From Rhizodiscina lignyota (taxonomy: Eukaryota), in contig ML978123.1 in assembly GCA_010015805.1 (NCBI GenBank), forward strand, positions 2,728,001 to 2,792,000: a DNA stretch of 64,000 bases, read 5' to 3'. The number at the start of each line of letters is the position of its first letter. Position 1 is the first letter of the stretch. A program made the translations under genes and the position numbers. The notes under the pieces were generated by a model. The model was not told the DNA's origin and ran no database searches. It saw only the letters and a list, made by a program, of their open reading frames with translations. Of this stretch, positions 50,773 through 61,381 are shown one piece after another.

Positions 50773-52022
50773 ATGGCCTCGTCTGGATTGACGCGTAGGA
50801 GGGGGGCCGGACAGGCGACGAACGACACTGAGGAGGGTAGAGCGTCGCCCGCACCGAAAAGAACGGAGGAGAACCGCCTACCAGAGACGTCCTACGAGAA
50901 TTCAGAGAATGGCCACAAGATTGCATTTGATCCGCGAGATATCAGCGAGAGCGCAGAACGGAGCAAGCAGCCCAAGCTCACGCTTATGGAGGAGGTCCTA
51001 CTGATGGGCTTGAAGGATAAGCAGGTGTGTAACTCTGCCACACGATTTAGTTGAGTTGTAAGAGCGATACTCTGATAGTTGCTTTGATTGCAGGGCTATT
51101 TATCATTCTGGAACGATAACATTTCATACGCCCTCCGTGGATGCATAGTCATCGAATTGGCTTTCAGAGGGCGGATAAGCATGCAGAAGGACTCGTCGAG
51201 GAGGAGGTTCCCCCTCTCGGACAGAGTGATTGAAGTCATCGACGAGACACTGACAGGAGAAGTGCTTCTGGATGAGGCGCTCAAGATGATGAAGGGGAGC
51301 GAGAAGATGAGCGTGAGCTCCTGGATCGACCTCATGAGCGGTAAGCCACTGTTCTCAACCCTCCTGCTCGAGGACTCCCACTGATCAGCCACAGGTGAGA
51401 CGTGGAATCTCATGAAAATCGGCTACCAGCTCAAGCAAGTCCGCGAACGCCTCGCAAAGGGTCTCGTCGACAAGGGCATCCTCCGCACCGAGAAGCGCAA
51501 CTTTCTCCTCTTCGATATGGCCACGCATCCCGTCGCTGACGGCGGCGCAAAGGACGAGATTCGAAGACGTGTCCGCAATGTCCTTACCAACCGCACCGTC
51601 GTCCTCCCGCCATCACAGTTCCTCCCCGAAGAGATGGAGTTCAGATATCTGCGGACGATTTCGATGGTGTGCGCAGCTTACGCTGCGAACGTTCTCGAAA
51701 ACGCACTGTCGACGCTGGGCCATGAGGCAAGAGAACGAGCATTTGCTCAGGTGGACGAGCTACTTGCCGAGTATTCACAATGGCCATTCGCAAGGCGGGC
51801 TGGAGGTGGCCAAGGAATAGGAGCGAACTTGGGCCAGGTGATTAATGATGAGATTAACAATGCAAAGGACAAGGAGCTACAGCTGGAGGTAAGTGTTCAC
51901 AAATCGAGATGCTGTTACATCTGCACCGGCTGGACGTATTATGGGCAAGAATGCTAACTGAGGATTTCTAGGTTGTTGCAGCGTGCTTGAGCGTATTCAC
52001 AAGGCTTGACTCCCTCCTATGA
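50773..52022 (+). CDS. VPS74: Golgi phosphoprotein 3 / Vps74
   Basis: [44 protein letters not shown]. Introns 51025-51093, 51341-51394, 51889-51971. Confidence 0.95.
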
Positions 52023-52413
52023 GGAACTCTTCAATTGACACAGGAGTACGAGTTGGCGCTTCTAACCTCACCCTTCCTCCCTCCTTCCATCAGGACGAAA
52101 TCATGCTTTTGCCAGTGGTCTTCTCGCACCATCTGCAAACTTGGGCTTTTCAGGCAGGGCAGTCATGGTATTCTGCCACTTCTTTTCTGTATTAGATCCA
52201 TTGTAGTCGTGGTATCCCTTGATTTCTTTTGCCTGGCGTACGGGAAGCGTGTAAAGCACTTTCACGAAATGAAAAGCACATTGAGCTCTCCCAAAACGAT
52301 CAATATTCTTTCTACGACTAGCTCGCGGTAGAGCAATGCTGAGACAACGCAAGACACCCCAACCATAAAGCCCGCCACAACATCCAGAACCATGATCACT
52401 GCAGCGGGCTTCA

Positions 52414-54395
52414 TTACAATGTGTAGACGAATTCGGGATTCTCCTTGTCCGTGAGATCAAGCCATCTATCAACAAGATCAGTATACGGTTGGTCTCAAAT
52501 TTCGGGATGGAAATTGCTAACTCTTGATTCTCCAGTCTCTGGTAGTGCGGTTCGTTCCTAATCTTTGCCTTCTTGTTGTTCATCCATCTGCAGTACCCAT
52601 AAATGAACAGTAGAAGGCAAATGCATACGCCCCAGCAAACGCAGATCGTGATCTCGGCGGGGACATAGCTGGTGCCACGGAAAGTCTGAGGGCCTAAGAA
52701 ATAGCATGTGAGCGTTTTGTATTAGCGTACGAAGTTCTCACAAAACTCACCAATGATATTGCCAGCACAATATCCAATCAGGTACATGGCGGCAATCGTC
52801 GTCTTCTTCGTATACCCGGCTACGTTGGTACTGATCAAGCTCAAGAGGCAAACGAACCCGGTCGGACTGGATTGAGTCATATAGTACCCTGCGAGCCTTC
52901 CACCAGGATGCTCCGCGGGAACGGCAATAATCAGGATCATGCCAACAAGACTAACAAGCATGCCGATGATCGAGATGAGAATGCGATTCTTGGTGTAGTC
53001 GCCGAGGAAACCGTTGGCGATGAGCGCCACGACTTCGACGGCACCGCCAGGCGTGCCGTAGAGGAGAGATTGCTGTGAAGTGTAGCCGAAAGACTTGATA
53101 AGGAGAGAGAAAAAGTTCGATATCGCGCCTACGCGTCAATCAGCGAGTGTCCTTAATATCCAAAACGGCAGCTTGCAGTCCTGGTGTGGCGAAATGGCAA
53201 AGCAAACGACATACCATTGGGGATATCAGCGATCAAGGCATAAAAGAAAAACGCCCAGGCCATAGGATCAAGCAACGCCTCCTTGACCTGGTAAAACTTC
53301 CAATGCTTGTTGCCAATACCTTGCTGGTTGACGCGAATACGTTCAATTGCGAGGAGGCGGTCTTCCGGGCTAAGCCAGCGGCATTTCGTCTGGTTGTCCG
53401 GGATAATAAAGAGGAAGACGACTCCCATGACGATGGTCAGGAGGCCAGTAACGAGGAAGATGATCTTCCATGGAGCAATGGCGCTTCCAAGGCGAGTGGC
53501 GCCTTTATCAATGCCGTATGCTACGAGTCCACCAAAGATCTATGCGCGTAAGTTACATCTTCAAATAGGAGTATATGGCTCACCTGTCCCATTCCATTGA
53601 AGGAGAACCATATTCCAGTTCTAGTCCCTTGCTCGGCTTTCGTGTACCACTGTGATGTGAAGAGCGCGAATCCTACGGGTGGTCAGATTTATGTGGAGTT
53701 GGTCGGGTCGGGCCGCTCACCAGGTGTCACAGCACTCTCGAAGAGGCCCAAGAAGAACCGAACAGCCACTGCTCCACCAAAGCTTTTCACACCCGCAAAG
53801 CAACTAAGGACAGTGCCCCACATGATGATGTTGAAGGCAGAGTATTTGCCAAGGGGCAGCCGCTGTAACAAGCGGTTCGTGGGATACTCCCACGCCAAAT
53901 AGCCAAAGTAGAACATGCTGGGAGATGCATCAGCTCTCGTCTTGAGCAAAGTTGGGATTACTTACGAGCCGAGCCAATTGTATTGTGTTCCATGCAATCC
54001 AATTCCTCCTTGGGCCACTGGCTCTGAGATTCCCATGATAGAAGCATAACTTAACGTTGTCTTGTCCAGATAATTGAGCCCATAGACCAGGCACATGACC
54101 TGATATCCAGTTCGTCAGGTATATTGCACTGGAACTGCAATCTGTGGTGGTTGCCTACCGGCATGAGATGCCAATCAATTGTCCTCAACAACCGCCTATT
54201 CGTCGCCTCATCAATCTCGATTACCTGGCCTTGATGCTCTGCAAACGCCTTCAGCGCCGCGTCCGCATCGTGCGAGTGCTTCAAAATCGTCTCCGCAACG
54301 ACGCTGGCATTGCGGCTCGCACCCTTCTCGGGGTCAATCGAATCGTCTATCGCCTGCATGGCATCGATGCCGCCCTGATTCTTCTCGGGGCCCAT
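52414..54395 (-). CDS. MFS anion:cation symporter, allantoate/dipeptide permease (DAL5 family)
   Basis: LLRTIDWHLMP, NYLDKTTLSYA, NVAGYTKK, C-terminal DLTDKENPEFVYTL. Seven in-frame introns: 54100-54158, 53918-53965, 53673-53720, 53540-53583, 53129-53214, 52694-52750, 52466-52521. Confidence 0.92.
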
Positions 54396-55434
54396 GTCGC
54401 TGCCGTCTGTCGCTGCCGTCTGTCACGTGTGGCGAGAGGAGGAGAGGTGGTGAGAGCTCAATGTCCTCGCTCGACATGGGCAGCTCATGGTATTTAAATT
54501 TTAAAGGTCCCTTGCGAGCTCCAGCCCACAAGGATGACGACTTATCGACAATCTCTCCCCGGAGCTGTGAAGTCGAACCGATAGAGTGGATCTACACGCG
54601 AGCACAGAGCAGAGCATTAGGCGAAACAGACGTCAGGTCAGTGATAAGCTCGCCCTATTGCCGCTTTCGCATTCCCACAGCAAAAGCGGCTGCCCCAGCA
54701 GCGCGCAACAGCGACATGCTACTTCCCCGGCAGTGTGTTACGTTACGGCATCGCAAGGTCGGGTCGAGCCAATTGTGCAAAAGTTTGCGAAGTGATTGGC
54801 GTCTGGGTTCTGGATAACGTACTATGACGAGGGAAGGTTGTGCTCTGTATCAAGTGGCCGCACTAGTGCGCTTTAGGAAGCTAGAAGGGACCGTGGAGAT
54901 ATTCCGCACCACATGTACTGTACTCCGCATATCAGGGAAGGTTTTGTGCAGATTTTTAGCAATTGGAGTTCGCCTAAGAGTGTATATTTGGAAGAGGGTC
55001 GCCATTTCCGAAATGGATGGCGGGAAGGAGCATTATCTTGACGTGTGGTCGTCGGAAAATGAAGAGACATGAGCGCGCGTTCACCACCACTTTGAGCGAA
55101 AGATACCACGATATTTGACGAGAGAGATCTGCGGTTGCGGTCTTCCGCAATTGGTTCGTAATAAATGCAAGGTGTTGCTTATTATATGGAGCCACTTGTG
55201 GAACCACATACCGTGACCGTCGCCGATTAAACAATTAAATAATAAAAAACGCAGAACAGCTGGAGTACCAATCTTGCGCGGAAGACCTCGTAAATGCATA
55301 ATGATCCACACTCATCTGGGTATCTCGTAGCATAAAGCAGAACGCGATGCTTCATAAATGCAAGTGAACGCCTCGAAATGCCGACAATTGTTCGCCAGTA
55401 ATGCTCAATGCATGTCCATCATAAACATTGCCTC

Positions 55435-56235
55435 CTATTTATCGTCATCTGGGATGTCCATTCGGTACCGACGAACACTGCCAGCGTCCGACCGATCCTT
55501 CTCGTCGTAAAAGTCTAGCGTGGAAGCCCTCGAAAGGCAGCTAGGTAAGAGTTTCCGCATGAATTTGCGGAATCCACTGTTTTGTTTGTCAATCTCGGCG
55601 TACTCCTTTCGTCGAGTCGTGTTCGAAGTCCAGTGCATGATAGAGGCTGGAGGGCTATCTAGATGGAGATCATCCCCCTTGCCTTCAACGGATACGGAGG
55701 GTTGTTCGAGGGGCGATTCAAGTCCATAAGTATGTGGATTGACTAGTGGTGGAGTGATAATGTATGGAGCTGTTGTTGTCCGATGTAATGCTGCGCTCAT
55801 GGGGTCTGTGATTCGCGACGACGAAGATAACGACTCCATGAGCCTACAACTTCTCTCGTGGAATGCAATCGCTTCTTCAACATTCGAGCGGGGAATAAAA
55901 CCAACGGGTGAACTATGCATGCGGCGTGGCCTGAGTTCGGCACGGCCTCTCCTCCGCGAGTGTAGTGAACTTGATCGAGATCCGCTCGATTGGCCTTTAG
56001 ACTGGCCGGTAGATGACACGGAGTGTTTGCGATGTATCGGAGACGAAGATGGTGTGATTAATTTCTTTGTGGTTTCAGAGTAGGTGGTTGTGGATGGACT
56101 ATCGGATTCATCGTTGGCATCGTCTGCGGCTATGGGCTTTCCACCAAAGCTGTCACCAATGCCACTGTCGGCCCTTGCCATTCCGTGGATATTCGAAAGA
56201 TATGGTAAGTTGGGGTCTGCGTTCGTTGTCGTCAT
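55435..56235 (-). CDS. Hypothetical Ser-rich protein with MHWTS..TRR.EY..ID and RRYR.D motifs
   Basis: 266-aa ORF. Likely 5'-UTR intron 56261-56321 (GTGAGA...CTGAC...AAG). Confidence 0.7.
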   Translation of the reverse strand: MTTTNADPNLPYLSNIHGMARADSGIGDSFGGKPIAADDANDESDSPSTTTYSETTKKLITPSSSPIHRKHSVSSTGQSKGQSSGSRSSSLHSRRRGRAELRPRRMHSSPVGFIPRSNVEEAIAFHERSCRLMESLSSSSRITDPMSAALHRTTTAPYIITPPLVNPHTYGLESPLEQPSVSVEGKGDDLHLDSPPASIMHWTSNTTRRKEYAEIDKQNSGFRKFMRKLLPSCLSRASTLDFYDEKDRSDAGSVRRYRMDIPDDDK

Positions 56236-57999
56236 GAGGGATCGTTATTTCTTTCATGTCCTTTGAACTTAGTCAGCGCTTAAGATTCCTACGCTAATGA
56301 GCCAACATTGAGGTTTCTCACCACATATAAGGGTCGTGTTACAACATGCGTGAATTAATAATGGGCGCAGAAGAGAATTCGCCCCAGGCGTGAGGTTGAG
56401 TTGAAAAAGTAGTCGAAAAGTGAAGCCGAGTCGCCACCCAGGTGGCCGAGACGTGAAAATTCGCTGAGTGAGTATTTAAAGGTGCTCTAATGGTGTCGTT
56501 CGGCATGCATATGCATGATCAATAATGACAGGGAAAAGCACGACCTGATCGTTGGGTGAGCGCCGTCATGCGGGCCTTGACAGGCGCATGAGCTACTCTG
56601 CGGCGGTGAAAGTTACCGCAAGAAAGAGCAAGGGTCGGGAAGAGATCCGGCGTGAAGTTTTGCAGTTTGGCGAGGCAACCGAAAGAAGATAATTTTCAGG
56701 AAGCAAGAGACAGACTCTTGCTTGGATTCGGAGAGGATATGGAGCGCTGATAAGGGGAGAGGCAGTATGCAGAGATCAGATGTGCTTTCACATGCAAGCC
56801 GTCTCTGAATACCGTCACTTGCCCAGCTGGGCGAGCGTGTGCGACTGTGCGACATGTCTGGCTCAGAGCAAAGCCTCTTCGCCGAATTCCAAACAAGCAA
56901 TACAGGCACTTCCCCTTTAGGGCGCTAGCAGGCGCCATGAATATTCAGTGCAGCAAAGGCAACGCTGCGAAATCGGGCCAAGGCCTGGCGGCGCTGGCGA
57001 TGCTCCAACAGGAAGACGCCCGTCTGGCGGGCTGGAGTGCGCTTGGGAAGCGACAAGTCATCAGACCAGGAACGGAGATCGCAGACGGAAACACAGCCCC
57101 AATCACGAGAGAAGCGTGTGGGAAGTTTGGGTTGGTGTGCAGCAAATGTTTGACATGCACACGCGGGAGACGCACGGCCATCTTCGATGCGAGCTGTGCC
57201 AAGCTGGAGTTATACTGTCGCGCGGATCAAAGGCACCGGGGTTATGAACTGGGCCTCTTCTCCAGAGTTGCTAAACGCTGGAGGTTTGCTTGAGGTGGCT
57301 TCTGCCCAGTTTGGATGCGCAGGTACACGACGCTTCGGGCGTAGGGACAGGATGCTCAAACTTTGCGCGAAGATGGCAACACCACAACCTAGGTAGGCAT
57401 AAGCGTGCGCTTTTGACAGCGCATCTGAAGTGCAAGTGCAACAAGGGGGAAATGCTCGACAAGATAATCACTGCCCCGTGGCGGGCGGCAAACGTGCCCG
57501 AAAATGTCGGCACGGCACGCTTGTACCCACTGCCTCAGAGCTTCAACCCGACTCGCTGGCCAGTGCTGACTGCATTAGGATTGCCCGTGAATATCATCAT
57601 TTGAAACGCTGGAGATCTGCTGTCGCTATGCTTAATTTCGCGAATAACAGCCACTTCTGGGCCCGCGCCATACGCCGTATTCAGTGCTCGAATTTAAGTT
57701 GTGCCGGTGCCGTTTCCAAGCTGTGAACTACCCTGCTACTAAATTACTTTTCGATGGAAAAGACTGCTACCAAATACTAGGTTTCAGTGCCCTGAAATTC
57801 TTTGAGATGCCCAACAAATACCGCGAAGCATGAGAAAATCTTTTCGACGCGTTGATTCATTTACCGACTGTACAGGTTCAAGTCTATCGGGGGGCCACTT
57901 GCTTCCATTCCGAGTCGTGAGCTACGTAAGATACTTAACTGCGAGTAACTCTCGCCCGTCGGAGAGCCAGAGCGTTTCATATACATTAGGCCTCATTAC

Positions 58000-58852
58000 T
58001 TACTGTATAGCGTGATAAAACTCAAGGATCAGCTTCGCCGTCTCCTCCGGCGCCTCCACGCATTGCCAATGCCCGACTCCCTTCATAACTACCATCCTCT
58101 TCTCCCCACTCTCGGTGCTGACCTCGTCAAACATCTTCTCACATCCCTCTAGTGACGCGCTCTTGTCCTCCTCGCCGGCTATCAAAAGCAGAGGGATCTT
58201 GATCTTCTCGTACGGTGGCCGCACGGCCGACGTAATGACCCGGCAGTTCGAGACATACCCAGCCGGATCCTGAGCGAGTAGTACCTCCCGGATGAAGAGG
58301 CGCGCTATCGTGGGTGCATTGGCTGCTGGAGCAGCGTACGGGACGGTGTTTGCCATTGATTCCATGCCTTCTGCCTCAACGGCGTCGATGCGCTTCTGGA
58401 TGAAGCCAGCAACACCTGGCGACGGGTATACGGGCCCAATCCAGATAGTGGCAACGATACGGTCGCTATGGTTTGCCGCAAGTGTCGCAGACACAATTCC
58501 GCCCATTGAGTGGCCCTTTTGAGTATGAGTCAAACAGATCTGTGATCTAGTGATTACAACTACTTACAGCATGGACGGCTTTCGACACGCCTAAAGCGTC
58601 CATCAGTGCAATGACATCTTCAGCTAGCGACTCAACGCTCTGCTCAACCTGCGTGTAAGGACTCCTCGCAGATCCAGTGGTATCGTACGCAATGCATCGA
58701 AATCCATCCTTCACTAGAATCGGCGCAACGGCAGCATAGAAATTCTGCGACGAACCTAGCCCGTGCGTGAAGACAAACGTTTCCCTGGCATCGCCGTCAG
58801 GTTTCCAGTCCGCGTAGTGAATGCGCTTTTCGTTGACCGTGATCAATGGCAT
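58000..58852 (-). CDS. Alpha/beta hydrolase (3-oxoadipate enol-lactonase-like)
   Basis: THGLGS oxyanion motif. Intron 58516-58567 gives GHSMGG nucleophile elbow. AGEED acid and GVGHW His. Confidence 0.9.
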
Positions 58853-59570
58853 GGTGTTTATGGTTGATGCTGATGACGAAAGAACGTGGAGAAACTCGGC
58901 TCTACATCATCGTCAGCGACTTTTGCTAGCTTGTGGCAGTCTTTTAGCATTACAATTTCCCATGCAGCTGGGCTTGTTTGAATTTTGGCTCCTACTAAAT
59001 TAAAGACACGTTTTGCTCTTCGACATCAAAATTTGCAGGCTATGGTAAGAAAAGGAAGGATTGGGTCTATCAGCTTTCGTATATCAGGATGTTGGTCGTT
59101 GGTCGACGGATGCTAGGCTGAAAAGAGTAAAGATTGAGCTTCTTCAGCCAATCAGGGCGCTTGTTCACTAATCTCGACGGTACGGAGTAGTGATCTAGAT
59201 AGTTATTGTCGGGCTGGTGCTATTCATGAAAGGAGGAAAAGTATCATGTCAAACGTTTATTATTGCTAGATATGCGCCGAACATGTATTCAAAGGAGTAT
59301 GAATCCATTTCCTACATCTAAGAGCTTAAAGGCGTCTTAAGCCCTACTGAGTTGCTGCCCTTAAAGAGCATACTGTACCTAAACATATATTTTTTAAGAA
59401 AATGTTCACGTATGTGATGTGATGAGTGCAGATTAGACGAATCGTGGAATTCAGTCATGGATTGTTGTTTATATCTGTATCTATCTTCGTTTATGTGAAG
59501 AGAGATGTTGGGGTCATGGCCTACTATTCCAGATGATCCCAAATAGGTAGTTCAAACCCTGTGGAAGGTA

Positions 59571-60674
59571 CTATCTCCTACTCTTCGGCATATCCATACG
59601 TCTCCTCTTTGCAACCATCTCCCCAGCCCTGACGCCAGAATCTCTCGGGCTATCTTCAACCGCACGTTTGCGGCTGCTCGCAAGTCGTCCAGCTTTCCCA
59701 CCCTTCTTCGCCGTCAATCGATCAATCCGATCCAATCCAACGTCGATATTCCTCCAATCCTCGCCACCAAAGCCTCCACGGTCTCTCCCAGCTTTGTCTG
59801 CCCGCTCCTTCTTGCTTTCCTTGGGAAGGCGTATGAAGTTGGTCTCTTCATATGACTGACGCTCGGCGTCCTCTTCGCGCTCCCTTTGAGACTTCATTCG
59901 CCTCCCGCCCGAGACGATTGTACTGCCAATGCTAGGCTCCGCGATAGGAGCAGTGGACAGCTCACTGTTGATGAATTCATCTAATACTGCAGATTTCTGC
60001 GGCCTACGAGCCTCCCTCTCCTCCTTTCGTATTGTTGTAGGCATCGCCGTTGGAGCGATTCGAGGAGGCTTGTAGATACCATTGTTCTCCGGTGCAGATG
60101 TGGAGGTTCGTTGGACGTTTGTGGAAGGACGAACGAAGGCGGCAGGGTTTGGACGGTAGGACAGCTCATCTATATCTTCCGAATCCACAGACATAGCAGA
60201 CCCACTGTCGGAGCGTTCGGAGCCTTCATCGTCATTATGGTGTGCGTTGTGTTTCCTGGGTTTGATGGCAGGCTCCGCCTTTGTTTGAGTAGTGCTGCGA
60301 GATGCATCATCTGCTGCTCGAATGACTTTGTCGATCTGATATTTCAGACGGCCCTCAAGAGGTTTGACACCTTTTTCCAGGTACACTCGCAATTCAACGA
60401 GTTGTTTTACAACCTCATCGCTGAGATAGGAGTCTTCCACAAGAGGCTTTTGAGATGAGGGTGCATGACGAGTCTTGAGAAGTATCAAGAACACTAGATT
60501 GTGCAAGTAAGAGATAAACAGCTCATTCTTCACATCTAGTAGAGATATGCCGTCATTTGGCGGAGTGATGCTTTCTTCGGTTGGTAAAGTAGTCGCCGCA
60601 TCTTCCAGAGACGTTCTTAGTGAGTTGAACAGCCCCTGGACCGAAGTATCGACGTCCATGGCAATTGGCGCCAT
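59571..60674 (-). CDS. LCP5: U3 snoRNP protein Lcp5 / neuroguidin (Sas10/Utp3/C1D family)
   Basis: GISLLDVKNELFISY, LEKGVKPLEGRLKYQIDK, YRPNP, IYKPPRI, YEETNFIRLP. Confidence 0.92.
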   Translation of the reverse strand: MAPIAMDVDTSVQGLFNSLRTSLEDAATTLPTEESITPPNDGISLLDVKNELFISYLHNLVFLILLKTRHAPSSQKPLVEDSYLSDEVVKQLVELRVYLEKGVKPLEGRLKYQIDKVIRAADDASRSTTQTKAEPAIKPRKHNAHHNDDEGSERSDSGSAMSVDSEDIDELSYRPNPAAFVRPSTNVQRTSTSAPENNGIYKPPRIAPTAMPTTIRKEEREARRPQKSAVLDEFINSELSTAPIAEPSIGSTIVSGGRRMKSQREREEDAERQSYEETNFIRLPKESKKERADKAGRDRGGFGGEDWRNIDVGLDRIDRLTAKKGGKAGRLASSRKRAVEDSPRDSGVRAGEMVAKRRRMDMPKSRR

Positions 60675-61381
60675 AGGTGGAGGTATATTGTGTGGTTGTG
60701 TGTGGGCACCGTGAATGGAATGCGATAGCGCGCAACTCGAAATTTTGTTCGGTGGAGATTTCTAAACGCCCCGCCACGCCAAGGCGAACCACTCCATACC
60801 TCAAATAGCTGACTTTAAAATGTCCAATATAATATACCATAACGTCTCTTTTCTACGACAACGAGAGGCAAAGCTTCTAAGGCAGGCCTAGTAAGCTACT
60901 CCCTGATAGACAGACTGAGCTTCACCTCATTTTAAATTACCCCTTTAGCTCTTGGTTTCTGCATAGTGGTCAAGCGTCAATTTAGGTATAAGCGCGTTCT
61001 CAACTTACAACCTGTACACTTAAATTGAACTTTACATCAATTCGATCTTCTCCTCCAGCATCCAACTTCAGCATGAGGGCCGAGCTTCACTTCGATTATA
61101 CACGGGCGCTCCACGTGCAAATTTACGGCCTTTGCCGATCCGGCCCGACACTATAACTACTGCCCAAACAACCCGTAATGGCCGTATGCAAGAGCTTAGT
61201 AACGTCGCGTTTTCAACACTTACCAACCGGCATCGTTAGCAATCACCCAGCTACGATTCACCCTCTCTAAACCTTTCCGCGGACGAACTCATACTGTATT
61301 CGAGCCTCTTCAACGTCGCGCTCGAGAGCGCTTGCTCCTGACACCACCGAGCCATGATCTGAAGTCTGTATCTGGGATGCG

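Noticed and set aside
56300..57990. Several 70-150 aa ORFs in a 1.7-kb gap
   Set aside because: No motifs or consistent splice structure. Most likely promoter/5' UTR of the 55435-56235 gene.
52414..58852. Catabolic cluster (permease plus hydrolase)
   Set aside because: No regulator, oxygenase or other pathway gene nearby, and the genes are separated by an unrelated ORF.
60950..61065. tRNA-like fragments (GCATAGTGGTCAAGC ... TTCGATC)
   Set aside because: No acceptor stem or T-stem pairing could be built.
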